Assembly (NCBI GenBank): GCA_020850475.1
Contig: JADZEO010000113.1
Location: forward strand, 631-64,630
DNA: 64,000 nt
DNA from: Bdellovibrionales bacterium
GTDB lineage: Bacteria > Bdellovibrionota > Bdellovibrionia > Bdellovibrionales > UBA1609
Direction: 5' to 3'
In this document: in pieces, positions 21,154-30,066 of the stretch
How the letters are laid out: each line of letters starts with the position of its first letter
Numbering within the stretch: position 1 is the first letter of the stretch
Position numbers and translations under genes: made by a program
The notes under the pieces: generated by a model
Told to the model about the DNA's origin: nothing
The model's input: only the letters and a program-made list of their open reading frames with translations
The model's database searches: none

Positions 21154-21187
21154 AATAAAACCCCCTCTAGTAGGGGGTTTTATTTTT
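21154..21187. terminator. Bidirectional intrinsic terminator between nirS and the FNT gene
   Basis: AATAAAACCCCCT-ctagt-AGGGGGTTTTATT, flanked by A and T tracts, between convergent genes. Confidence 0.85.
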
Positions 21188-21974
21188 TGGCCTCAGTGCT
21201 GGTAACTTCACCGCGCGAGATCCACCAATAAGCCGCACCCATAAAAAGAAAGCCGCTAAAGATATTTCCGAGCGTGACCGGAATCAGGTTGTGAGCAACT
21301 CCGGCCCACGAAACCGTTTCACTGGGAACCACCATGGCGGCGAGAGTGAGCAAAGTCATATTGGCAACACTGTGTTCGTAGCCTGAACCGATAAAGCCAA
21401 ACAAACACCAAAAGATCATGATGAGTTTTCCAGACTCTGTTTTGAGGCGATAGCAACTCCACACCGCGAGGACGACCAACCAGTTACACAAAATACCTCG
21501 CAAGAATAGTTTCCAAAAACTTAACCCCATTTTCTTAGTCGCCACCACCGAAAGAAAATGAAGACCCGCCTCGTTTGAAAAAATCCCGGCTTCCGACACC
21601 ATCCAAGCCAAGAGCAAGGATCCTAAAAAGTTCCCGAGGTAATTGACGGCAAACAACTTGCCAACGGTTTGCCAAGAAATTGCGCCCTTCAGTGCTCCCA
21701 CCGGTAAAACCATGGTGTTGCCGGTAAAGAGATCTGAGCCCGCGAGAATCACCAAACTCAGGGCGATACCAAAACTGGTACCCATCACCAGGGGCACTAA
21801 AGGGGAATTTGCTTCATAAAGAGGGGCGCCGAGTACAAAAATCAGAATAATACCCAAACCGACGTAAGCCCCAGCCATCGCCGCATGCAGGAGATATCCC
21901 GATAGGTTTTTTTTAAAAAGTCCCGCTTTGGATCGAGCTGACTCCGCAACGCTGTCTATGACGCCTTGATATAT
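21180..21974 (-). CDS. Formate/nitrite transporter (FNT family, nitrite-channel NirC type); start probably ATA at 21974
   Basis: Motifs are AMAGAYVG, GSDLFTGNTM, NYLGNFLG, RGILCNWLVVLA, GYEHSVANM and VTLGNIFSG. No in-frame ATG lies near the expected N-terminus; the alternative is TTG at 22049. Confidence 0.88.
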   Translation of the reverse strand: MYQGVIDSVAESARSKAGLFKKNLSGYLLHAAMAGAYVGLGIILIFVLGAPLYEANSPLVPLVMGTSFGIALSLVILAGSDLFTGNTMVLPVGALKGAISWQTVGKLFAVNYLGNFLGSLLLAWMVSEAGIFSNEAGLHFLSVVATKKMGLSFWKLFLRGILCNWLVVLAVWSCYRLKTESGKLIMIFWCLFGFIGSGYEHSVANMTLLTLAAMVVPSETVSWAGVAHNLIPVTLGNIFSGFLFMGAAYWWISRGEVTSTEAKK

Positions 21975-22074
21975 AGAATAGCCCCATGTGTTGTTCTGTT
22001 TGCCTGTGCATATCAAGTTTGAGACAAATAGTAAAAAGACAATGAGCAAAATGTCTCAATTAGAAAGGCGCACC

Positions 22075-23088
22075 ATGCGAAAGATGATGCTTATTTGGAC
22101 GGTGTTTAGTCAGTTGGTCTCAATCGCCGCTTTTGCAGATGTATCAGACGGACAAAAACTCTTTCAACAGCGTTGTATCTCCTGTCACACCGTCGGAAAA
22201 GGCAAGGGCGTTGGCCCTGACCTTCAAGGCGTTACCCAGCGACGGGAACAGGCTTGGTTACACCGTTGGATCCGCGAGCCCGATAAAATGCTCGCAGAAA
22301 ATGATCCGACGGCAACAGCACTCTTAAAAGAGTACAACCAAGTCCCAATGCCCAACATGGCAATCACCCCTGAGCAAGCCGATCAAATTCTGGCTTACCT
22401 GGCGAATCCAACCGCAGAAGCCGCTGCTTCTGGCGATGCCAATACCGCAGCCGGAACTACGAGTGAGGCTACCTCCCCGGGGGGAAGCAGTCAAGCGCAT
22501 GATCAAGCTCCAACTTTTGCGACGAGGGGTCGAACTCAAAACATCGCCTTCTTCTCGTTTTTGTTTATCGCGCTGGTCATTGTTCTGGTGTTCTTTTGGG
22601 TGGGTAGCACAACTTCGAATCCTCAAACCATCGATATGAAAGCCGCTTACAAGTTACGCAAAGTGTTTTTCATTTCGGGATCATTCGTTGCGATGGGGAT
22701 CTTGGCCATCACCATGTCCAAGACACCTTATGCTGATGCCCTCACCACTCCCGACAATGTGATCTATGCCACTGCCATGCAGTTTAGCTTCACTTTCTCG
22801 AATGAGCCAGTGAGCAGCGCGCAAGAGCTCTCAACGGTATCGCCCATCAGCTCGCTTGAAATTCCACGAGACACTTTGGTTGAATTTCGGGTCACCAGTC
22901 TCGACGCCACTCATGGCTTTGCCATTTACAATCAACAAGGCGTGGTCTTTGCCCAAACTCAAGCTATGCCGGGGTACACCAATCGACTGCGGGTGCGTTT
23001 TTCTGAACCTGGTGTCTACCCGGTGCTTTGTTTGGAATATTGCGGGGCCGCTCATCACATGATGCGTACCTCACTCGTCGTAAAATGA
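22075..23088 (+). CDS. Heme-copper oxidoreductase subunit II with an N-terminal fused cytochrome c (sNOR-type)
   Basis: GAAAGG RBS precedes the ATG at 22075. The order is signal peptide, CISCH...MPNM cytochrome c, Ala/Ser/Thr linker, two TMs, then CuA ligands THG and CLEYCGAAHHMM. Confidence 0.85.
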   Translation: MRKMMLIWTVFSQLVSIAAFADVSDGQKLFQQRCISCHTVGKGKGVGPDLQGVTQRREQAWLHRWIREPDKMLAENDPTATALLKEYNQVPMPNMAITPEQADQILAYLANPTAEAAASGDANTAAGTTSEATSPGGSSQAHDQAPTFATRGRTQNIAFFSFLFIALVIVLVFFWVGSTTSNPQTIDMKAAYKLRKVFFISGSFVAMGILAITMSKTPYADALTTPDNVIYATAMQFSFTFSNEPVSSAQELSTVSPISSLEIPRDTLVEFRVTSLDATHGFAIYNQQGVVFAQTQAMPGYTNRLRVRFSEPGVYPVLCLEYCGAAHHMMRTSLVVK

Positions 23089-23107
23089 ACGGAAAGGTTT
23101 AAGAAAA

Positions 23108-24523
23108 ATGGATTTAGCAAAAAAGAATACCCTCGCCTGGATTGCAATTACACTCATTCTGTTCCCCATCCTTTTGTTACTCGGAATTCTCATGCGGACC
23201 GTACAGGCCAATGGGCTTAGTGCGGCTCAGGAGTGGTTTTACCCCTTTATGACTCTTCACGGAGTCGGCATGGTTGGTGTTTGGTATGTGGGTGCGATGG
23301 CTTGTGCCGAACGCATTATCGCCAAGTACACCAAACCCAGTGCCGCGATTTCAACCTTTGCAATTGTGGGCACCACTATCGGCGTGGTGCTGCTGTTGGT
23401 TTGCGTGCTCATTGGCAAGTTTGCGGCAGGTTGGTACTTCCTTTACCCACTCCCCTTCAAGGGTAACTGGCCGGTTTGGGCAGCGACTACCTTTTTACTT
23501 TCAATCACGGTTCTCGGTGCCACTTGGCTCATTTGGAGCTTAGATCTTTTGCGCGCGATCGCACAAAAGTACTCCATCTCCAAAGCTCTGGGTTGGCACT
23601 ACATCGGAGGCGCCACCGAACCTGATGTACCTCCGGCAATTATCATTTCAACTGTCAGCCTTCTCGCCTGTGTCGCCTGTCTTTTGGCCGGCGTCACCGT
23701 GCTCGTGCTCTTTGACGCCGAACTCATCGCAGGAGTCCGCAATGACGCCTTGTTGGTGAAGAACTTGACCTTCTTTTTTGGTCACGTCCTGGTGAACTTG
23801 AGTCTCTATTTGGGTGTGGCAGTCATTTACGATGTTCTCCCTCAATATTGTGATCGTCCGTGGAAAGCGAATAAGATTGTCGCGATTTCTTGGAATAGCG
23901 TACTCGCGATTGTTTTTATGGCTTACTTCCATCACCTCTATATGGACTTTGTGCAGCCGACGACCTTTCAATATCTGGGACAAATCGCATCTTACATGAG
24001 TTCACTTCCCGCCGCTGTGGTCACGATCTTTGGCGCCTTGGCACTGGTGTTCCATGCTAAGATGCGCTGGACTCTTACCTCCGCCTTGTTTTACTTAGCT
24101 CTCATGGGCTGGGCGATCGGCGGCGTTGGTGCAGTCATCGACTCCACGATTGCCGTAAACTCAAAGTTTCACAACACCCTTTGGGTGCCAGCTCACTTTC
24201 ACACCTATATGTTAGAAGGCCTGGTACTGATGGTGCTTGGCTACTACTATCATTTCGTTCAAGAGAACGCGAAACTCCCCGAGAGCTGGGGCTTTCATAA
24301 AGTCATCTTGAGTATGATTGTCGTCGGCGGCTACGGCTTTCTGATGATGTTTTATATCTCAGGTGCGAATTCAGTCCCTCGACGTTTCGCGACCTACCCT
24401 GCAGAAGTAGCACACGGTGCCTCTTACTCGGGTTTCGCGGCGGTTTTTGCCACCGTGTTTTTCATGGGTTTACTTCTTTATGCCATCGAGACTGGAAAGC
24501 GCTGGCTGAATGTTCGCGGTTAA
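23108..24523 (+). CDS. Heme-copper oxidoreductase subunit I, probable sNOR-family nitric oxide reductase
   Basis: His ligands are TLHG, GH226, FHH and AHFH. The cross-link Tyr position is Asn (H226-V-L-V-N230). It also has HHLYMDF and HNTLWVPAHFH and is a compact 471 aa. Confidence 0.75.
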   Translation: MDLAKKNTLAWIAITLILFPILLLLGILMRTVQANGLSAAQEWFYPFMTLHGVGMVGVWYVGAMACAERIIAKYTKPSAAISTFAIVGTTIGVVLLLVCVLIGKFAAGWYFLYPLPFKGNWPVWAATTFLLSITVLGATWLIWSLDLLRAIAQKYSISKALGWHYIGGATEPDVPPAIIISTVSLLACVACLLAGVTVLVLFDAELIAGVRNDALLVKNLTFFFGHVLVNLSLYLGVAVIYDVLPQYCDRPWKANKIVAISWNSVLAIVFMAYFHHLYMDFVQPTTFQYLGQIASYMSSLPAAVVTIFGALALVFHAKMRWTLTSALFYLALMGWAIGGVGAVIDSTIAVNSKFHNTLWVPAHFHTYMLEGLVLMVLGYYYHFVQENAKLPESWGFHKVILSMIVVGGYGFLMMFYISGANSVPRRFATYPAEVAHGASYSGFAAVFATVFFMGLLLYAIETGKRWLNVRG

Positions 24524-25274
24524 ACGCCTCGTAGGTATCTTGCTGCCGTGGTTGTTGGCGATACCGACAACTGCGGCGATCGCCGATGAGATTATGCGGA
24601 CCGAGGCCAAAGGCCTTTACAAATCACTTCCTGACATTCCCGTACAAATCGCCAATGGACAAACCCAACCCCTCTCCTCTTTCTGGAAAGACAAGCCGGT
24701 TCTGCTTACACTTTTTTATCGCCGGTGCAGTGGCTCTTGTAGTCCATTCTTGATGAATCTTAAGTCAGCTGTGGAAGACTCCGGCGGACTCGGTGATTTT
24801 TATCAAGTTGTCGCTTTAAGTTTTGACCCGCGTGACACCCTTGAAGACCTCCAACAGTCCGCTGCCACTTTTAAGTTGGACCAATCGCCCGACTGGCACT
24901 TTGCTGTGGCCGATGCCGCAAGTATTGCCAAGATTGCCGACACCATTGGTTTTTGGTTTAAAAAGATCCCGACCGACCAAGAGCAGTTTGATCACCCCTC
25001 GATGATTGCCGCCATTCGCGATGGCAAGATTGTCCGAGTCCTAGTCGGTACTGAAATTCCTCATGCGCGGATGCGCGATCTCATCTACGAAGTCAAAGGG
25101 GTGTTCGTGCCCTTTTTGGCAGTGCCCGGCAAAGACACGATTTTTCGCTGTTTTAAAATTGATCCCAAGACTGGCACTCTTCGTCTTGACTGGGGAATCC
25201 TAATTCTTATGGCCCCCGCCCTACTCGCCGCCTTGATCGGCTATTTTATATTCCGACGCAAGCCCGCGCCGTAA
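24510..25274 (+). CDS. SCO/SenC copper chaperone (C-terminally anchored)
   Basis: RCSGSCSP (CxxxC), LSFDPRD and FDHP, with a C-terminal TM. It overlaps the subunit I stop. Confidence 0.85.
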   Translation: MFAVKRLVGILLPWLLAIPTTAAIADEIMRTEAKGLYKSLPDIPVQIANGQTQPLSSFWKDKPVLLTLFYRRCSGSCSPFLMNLKSAVEDSGGLGDFYQVVALSFDPRDTLEDLQQSAATFKLDQSPDWHFAVADAASIAKIADTIGFWFKKIPTDQEQFDHPSMIAAIRDGKIVRVLVGTEIPHARMRDLIYEVKGVFVPFLAVPGKDTIFRCFKIDPKTGTLRLDWGILILMAPALLAALIGYFIFRRKPAP

Positions 25275-25307
25275 AAAACCCCTTCGTTAATTGCGAAGGG
25301 GTTTTTT
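25273..25307. terminator. Bidirectional intrinsic terminator
   Basis: AAAAAACCCCTTCG-ttaattg-CGAAGGGGTTTTTT between convergent genes. Confidence 0.9.
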
Positions 25308-25310
25308 ATT

Positions 25311-26522
25311 TCAATCACCGACAACGGTCACGCGTAGCTGAGTCAAGGTTCCGTATTTCGCGCCAAAGATCATGGGTGTTTCGGGATTTGCCGACTCAAA
25401 CCAAAACTCTTCAACCCCTGAATGCCCGAGGAGGAGGAGGACAATCCCGGCAGCGAAGTTCGAATGCGAATCCGTATTGATTTCTTCAAATACGTAGCGA
25501 TGCATACCGGTAAAGGGCCAGATCGGGCGATTCGGATCCAAGCTTCCATGAGCTGGTCCCTTGAGTCGCAAGTGCACCGTATAACATTTACCGCTTTGAC
25601 GAAACACCAGGAAGTTGTTGTTAGGGAAGTACGCACTTCCGGCCGCCATTATCCCAACGAGCTTTTTTAGTCCCGCCAGACTCCGCTCTGAAACCAAGTA
25701 GCCCGCATCGCAGAGATAGCGAGTGGCGATTTTCTCAGTCATGCCCTCCGGCATATGACTGGTACGATTAAATAAAATGTGTACACAGTTGGCGATCTTG
25801 TCTGTCGAGGTGAGAGGCTCATTCTGGTAGTCTTCATTCCAGAGGCGAATGAGAGCTTCGTGCATAAAAAAAGCCACACGATCGCGTATGGGAAGCTGGG
25901 CATAAAAATGACGATCCACTACCACATTGCCACTTGCACGTTCTTGCAAGGCCAAACGAACCACCTTGCCTCGGAGATTCCAAGGTAACACCACTACCCC
26001 TCGGTCATTGACCTCTGGGATAGGGCCCGACACCAAGTAAAACGTCAGCCGTCCGAGGGCCCCGAGAATTGCTCTGGCGATTGTTGTCGGTCGGGCGTCT
26101 GGTCCAGCTGGAACAAACGATGAAACCGTAAGCCCAATATGTTTGCGCATTTCTTGATCCAACAGCTGGGTCAGTCCTTCGAGCTCGGGATCAAAAATCT
26201 CAGAGCGTGGTTCGCGCACTAAATCGAGAAAGCGCACCGCCCCGTTGGGGCCTACGACCACATCACCACCATTGCCGCGTTCATTGCCCAGTTGTTTGCC
26301 GTCTCCCGACTCGCTCCCGTCCCGGCGCTCGCCTTCTGAAAGAGGGGCTCCAACTTTGAGGATTTCGCCCGTCTGTCGCATGAGACGCATCGGTTTGGCC
26401 GGAGCTTTGGTGATGGGCGCCTGGGGGCGAGCTTCTTTTGCCAATGCCAATGAACTCATGCTCACCAGCGCCATCACCATCAAACTTTGGGGTAATGCAA
26501 ATTTAATTATGTTGTGTTTCAT
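25311..26522 (-). CDS. Secreted hypothetical protein with GNERGNGGD motif (paralog 2)
   Basis: AAGGAG RBS precedes the ATG at 26522. It has a signal peptide and long stretches near-identical to 26565-27803. Confidence 0.75.
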   Translation of the reverse strand: MKHNIIKFALPQSLMVMALVSMSSLALAKEARPQAPITKAPAKPMRLMRQTGEILKVGAPLSEGERRDGSESGDGKQLGNERGNGGDVVVGPNGAVRFLDLVREPRSEIFDPELEGLTQLLDQEMRKHIGLTVSSFVPAGPDARPTTIARAILGALGRLTFYLVSGPIPEVNDRGVVVLPWNLRGKVVRLALQERASGNVVVDRHFYAQLPIRDRVAFFMHEALIRLWNEDYQNEPLTSTDKIANCVHILFNRTSHMPEGMTEKIATRYLCDAGYLVSERSLAGLKKLVGIMAAGSAYFPNNNFLVFRQSGKCYTVHLRLKGPAHGSLDPNRPIWPFTGMHRYVFEEINTDSHSNFAAGIVLLLLGHSGVEEFWFESANPETPMIFGAKYGTLTQLRVTVVGD

Positions 26523-26564
26523 TTCAAACTCCTTCATTTCTCTTTCAATTTGGTGAACGGACAA

Positions 26565-27803
26565 TCAATAGCCAATTACTGTAAATCGGAATTGCGACAA
26601 TTCCTTCAGGTCAGCCATGATCAATGGTGTTTCGGGGTTGTCAGACTGAAAACTGAGCTCATCGATGCTGTAACCACTGCTTGCACCGCCGGTTTTCTCA
26701 AAGCGCAACATGACATAAGCATAGTATTCCACTCCGTCCTTACCGATCTCTCTAAACTCGTAATTGTAAAGTCTCACTGAATCGCGCCCTCTCCTCGAAA
26801 CCCAGCTGCCGGTAAGTGGTCCATCGATACGAAGAAGGGCGGAAAAACATCGACCGCTCTGTCTAAAGACAATGACGTTCTTGTTGGGAAAGTAGGCATG
26901 ACCAGGAGTCAAATATCCGCTTGACCTCTTCCATGGAGCTGCTTCTCTATCAATTCGGTCAGAAATCAAATAGCCCACGTCGCATAAATACCGGGCGACC
27001 GTTTTTGCCGACAGTCCTTCTGGCATATGATCGGTCCGATTGAACAGCACATTTACAAAACTTGCGATCTTCTCCGTGGATGCCAACTCGGAGTTGGTAG
27101 AATCTTCGTTGAACAATCGAATCAATGTCTCATGCATCATGAATGCGACGCGATCGCGAAGCGGCAGCTTTTCGTAGAGCCCGCGATCAACCACAACATT
27201 CCCCGTCTGGCGATCCTGCAAAGCGAGACGCACGATCACACCATTCAAATTCCAGGGCAGCAAAACAACTCCTCGATCAAGCACCTCTGGGATAGGGCCT
27301 GGAACCAGATAAAACGTCAGTCGATCGAGCGCACTCCTGATCGCATGCGCAACGGATGAACTGCTAATTGGTAAGTCGGGGGATGGCGAAAGAAACGTGG
27401 CCGCCCTGAGCCCAATATGCCGACTCATTTCCTGAGTCAAACCCACCGTCAGACCTTCCACATCAGGGTCCAGAATTTCCGCCCTCGGTTCACGCACGAG
27501 GTCCAAAAAACGCACGGAGCCAGTGGGTCCGACGAAGGCATCTCCACCATTACCTCGCTCGTTGCCCATGACCATTCTAGCATTACCTCTATGGGATTGA
27601 TCGCTGACTGATCTTGCCTGCCCAGACCCAATCGCCTGCGCCCCATCCTTTGGGAGTTCGATGGGTACGACTACCTTGTCTGGCTTTCCTTTCAGTCCTT
27701 TACTCGCAGCACCTGGCTCAGCCTGGATCGATATAGGCAAAATCAAAAAGGCCCAGAAGAACACGGATCGAATGGTGAATGGTGTTTTTGATAATGGCGT
27801 CAT
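26565..27803 (-). CDS. Secreted hypothetical protein with GNERGNGGD motif (paralog 1)
   Basis: AAGGAG RBS and a signal peptide ending IQA-E. The start overlaps the regulator stop, and it is a paralog of 25311-26522. Confidence 0.75.
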   Translation of the reverse strand: MTPLSKTPFTIRSVFFWAFLILPISIQAEPGAASKGLKGKPDKVVVPIELPKDGAQAIGSGQARSVSDQSHRGNARMVMGNERGNGGDAFVGPTGSVRFLDLVREPRAEILDPDVEGLTVGLTQEMSRHIGLRAATFLSPSPDLPISSSSVAHAIRSALDRLTFYLVPGPIPEVLDRGVVLLPWNLNGVIVRLALQDRQTGNVVVDRGLYEKLPLRDRVAFMMHETLIRLFNEDSTNSELASTEKIASFVNVLFNRTDHMPEGLSAKTVARYLCDVGYLISDRIDREAAPWKRSSGYLTPGHAYFPNKNVIVFRQSGRCFSALLRIDGPLTGSWVSRRGRDSVRLYNYEFREIGKDGVEYYAYVMLRFEKTGGASSGYSIDELSFQSDNPETPLIMADLKELSQFRFTVIGY

Positions 27804-28666
27804 GATTCTCTCCTTGTACGGACTTTCTTTATTGGCCGTGTGACGGGCACCAGTTGGATATTTAAATTGTAAACTTCGGTTCTATCGTCGGTTTCAAGCA
27901 AGGCCCCGAGGCGACGGCGAAACTCCCGGATCAGTTCTTTGGCCTGCGGAATTTTTTTAAGATCAATCGCCATGGTAATTGAAGTTATGTCCCGCAATTC
28001 CACCGGCACCTCGGCCAGAGAATTGATGGCTTGTTCTAAACTTTGTTGGTGCGAGCGGCGTAGTGCACTCGAGGAAATGTCCGACGGGGTCGCCAAATCA
28101 CGATGAGTGGGCGTCCAATTTTTATCGGAACGTTGAATGAGTCCCAGTCGATCGAGTCGCTCAATTGCGCTCGTGGCTTGAATAGTGGAAATCCCCAGGC
28201 GCTTGGCAATCCACGAGATGCGCGGCTGAAAGTCAGCCACTTCCATTAAACTTAAAATCGCAAAGTGATACCAATCAGCGACCACGCGGAACTGATCAAG
28301 AGAGAGTTGTTCAAAATCAAGGGGCGAGGAAGACTGCCCGTCGCCCGCTCCCGAAGGACGATCGACTCCTGGCACCAAATCCTTCTGTGCTGAAACTGTG
28401 TTTCGGCCTGGGCGCATGGCTTGTCTTTCAAGAGTGAGTCGCTCCAGGAGTTGGCGCCTTTGGCGAGGGTCAAGTGCCAAGCGCTCTGCCAGGCGGGAAA
28501 CGAGAGCGACCGTCATAGGGCGCTTTTGATTGAGGATCTCAGAGAGCCGCCCGGGCGGAATCTCCAGGAGCTGGGCAAAGGCCCGCAGCGAAAAGGCCGG
28601 ATTGCGCTCGCGCCGGCGATTGAATTCTTCCTGAAGCCAGAGTCTGGCAGTGGATGGGTTCTTCAT
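27800..28666 (-). CDS. TIGR02147/DUF4423-type HTH regulator-like protein
   Basis: The N-terminus is NPAFSLRAFAQLLEIPPGRLSEILNQKR, followed by WYHFAILSLM and a C-terminal RDITSITMAID...VYNLNIQLVP. This family is expanded in Bdellovibrionota and Fibrobacter. Confidence 0.88.
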   Translation of the reverse strand: MKNPSTARLWLQEEFNRRRERNPAFSLRAFAQLLEIPPGRLSEILNQKRPMTVALVSRLAERLALDPRQRRQLLERLTLERQAMRPGRNTVSAQKDLVPGVDRPSGAGDGQSSSPLDFEQLSLDQFRVVADWYHFAILSLMEVADFQPRISWIAKRLGISTIQATSAIERLDRLGLIQRSDKNWTPTHRDLATPSDISSSALRRSHQQSLEQAINSLAEVPVELRDITSITMAIDLKKIPQAKELIREFRRRLGALLETDDRTEVYNLNIQLVPVTRPIKKVRTRRES

Positions 28667-28887
28667 AGGCCTATGACTTAATGCATTATTCCCTCTGTCG
28701 CAAGTCTTTTGGGAACAAACTGATCCCAAACGGCCCGGGAACGGGTAAAAATTTCATCACCCCGAGCGAGCTCAAAACGAGTTTCTGATGATTTCATAAA
28801 TAATTGATTTTATTAGATAATTTATTTCAAAAAGGGGGCGCAACTAAAGTCCCCATGAAGGGTTATCTATAGAGATGGGGGTGTCAC

Positions 28888-30045
28888 ATGAGTTCAGCAA
28901 CGCGCTGGTTGATCGTACTGGGTCTGTTTGGACTTACGCTTGCCCAAAATGCCTGCGATAACGGCGCGTTTACCGCCCTCCCCTGGGAGACGGCTATCAG
29001 TGGTAACTCCCAATCGCTTCCGCCCGAGCCTCCACCGGAGCCAACCCCAGTGGCCTGCCCCGCCGACACGGAGGAGCTCGAAAGGCAAATGACGGCCACC
29101 CTCGACTCGGTCGCGGGTGGATATGAATTTACCTATCAAATGGAGCGCGCCGATGGCCGCGTCTACACCTATAATCACGGCGACTCATCGCCCGATAAGG
29201 TGTACGAGTCGGCTTCCACTTCCAAGATGATCACGGCGATGATTATTTTACGACTCGTCGATCAAGGAGTCCTTCACCTGAGCGACCAACCACAGGACTA
29301 CCTCGAAGACTGGCCCATTGCCGAATCCGATTCCCTCCGCTCGATGACTCTTGAGCACTTACTCAGTTTTCGCTCGGGCTTAACCAGAGAACCCTCATGT
29401 GTAAATTCACCGACGTCCACTCTTGAAGAGTGCGCTTACAAAATCGCCACCACCAACGCCGGCAATTTGAAAGTTCCCGGTAGCGAGTTTTACTACTCCG
29501 GCACTCATATGCAAATCGCCGGACTCATGGCCATCAAAGCCAGCCACCAAAATTCGTGGCAAGAGGTGTTTGCGGATTTTCAAACATCGACAGGTTTGTT
29601 CCCGACAGGTCGGTATGATCTGCCGTCCGCCCAAAATCCGCGCCTGGCCGGAGGAATGCACTGGACCGGTCGTGAGTATTTGGATTTTTTGCGCCAACTC
29701 AAAGCCCATCGTCTATTGTCGCCAGAGCTGATGAACGAGTACTTAAGGGACCACACCGCCTCGCCTGTTACGATCGGCAATTCGCCAGCTCTTAAAGGGA
29801 TCGGCGAAGACTGGCATTATGGACTCGGCTATTGGCATGAATGCCAAAGTGCCAGCTTTGATTGCGCCCCTGCCGAGCGCCTCTCGAGCCCCGGAGCCTT
29901 TGGTGCTTATCCGTTCTGGGATTTGAAATTTAATTATATTGGAATGCTCTCCATCCAAACCGCCCTCGGTGGTTTCCGCGCCGGGGTGGTCGATCTCGAG
30001 CGTTCCATCCGCGCACCTGCCACCCGTTGGGCCAGTTGCAACTAA
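28888..30045 (+). CDS. Serine hydrolase, beta-lactamase class C/PBP-like family (probable lipoprotein)
   Basis: SxxK (SASTSK), LLSFRSG, FYYSG and a C-terminal SPGAFG. The signal peptide ends in QNAC. Confidence 0.85.
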   Translation: MSSATRWLIVLGLFGLTLAQNACDNGAFTALPWETAISGNSQSLPPEPPPEPTPVACPADTEELERQMTATLDSVAGGYEFTYQMERADGRVYTYNHGDSSPDKVYESASTSKMITAMIILRLVDQGVLHLSDQPQDYLEDWPIAESDSLRSMTLEHLLSFRSGLTREPSCVNSPTSTLEECAYKIATTNAGNLKVPGSEFYYSGTHMQIAGLMAIKASHQNSWQEVFADFQTSTGLFPTGRYDLPSAQNPRLAGGMHWTGREYLDFLRQLKAHRLLSPELMNEYLRDHTASPVTIGNSPALKGIGEDWHYGLGYWHECQSASFDCAPAERLSSPGAFGAYPFWDLKFNYIGMLSIQTALGGFRAGVVDLERSIRAPATRWASCN

Positions 30046-30066
30046 TGCGTGGAATCTGCTCCTCGC

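Noticed and set aside
21975-22049. TTG start at 22049 for the FNT gene and the long 21988 start for subunit II
   Set aside because: The two extensions overlap each other, lack SD sequences and add residues unlike either family.
22075-24523. Annotation as caa3 cytochrome c oxidase
   Set aside because: Helix VI is HVLVN without the Tyr, subunit I is short, there is no subunit III, and the cytochrome c is N-terminal.
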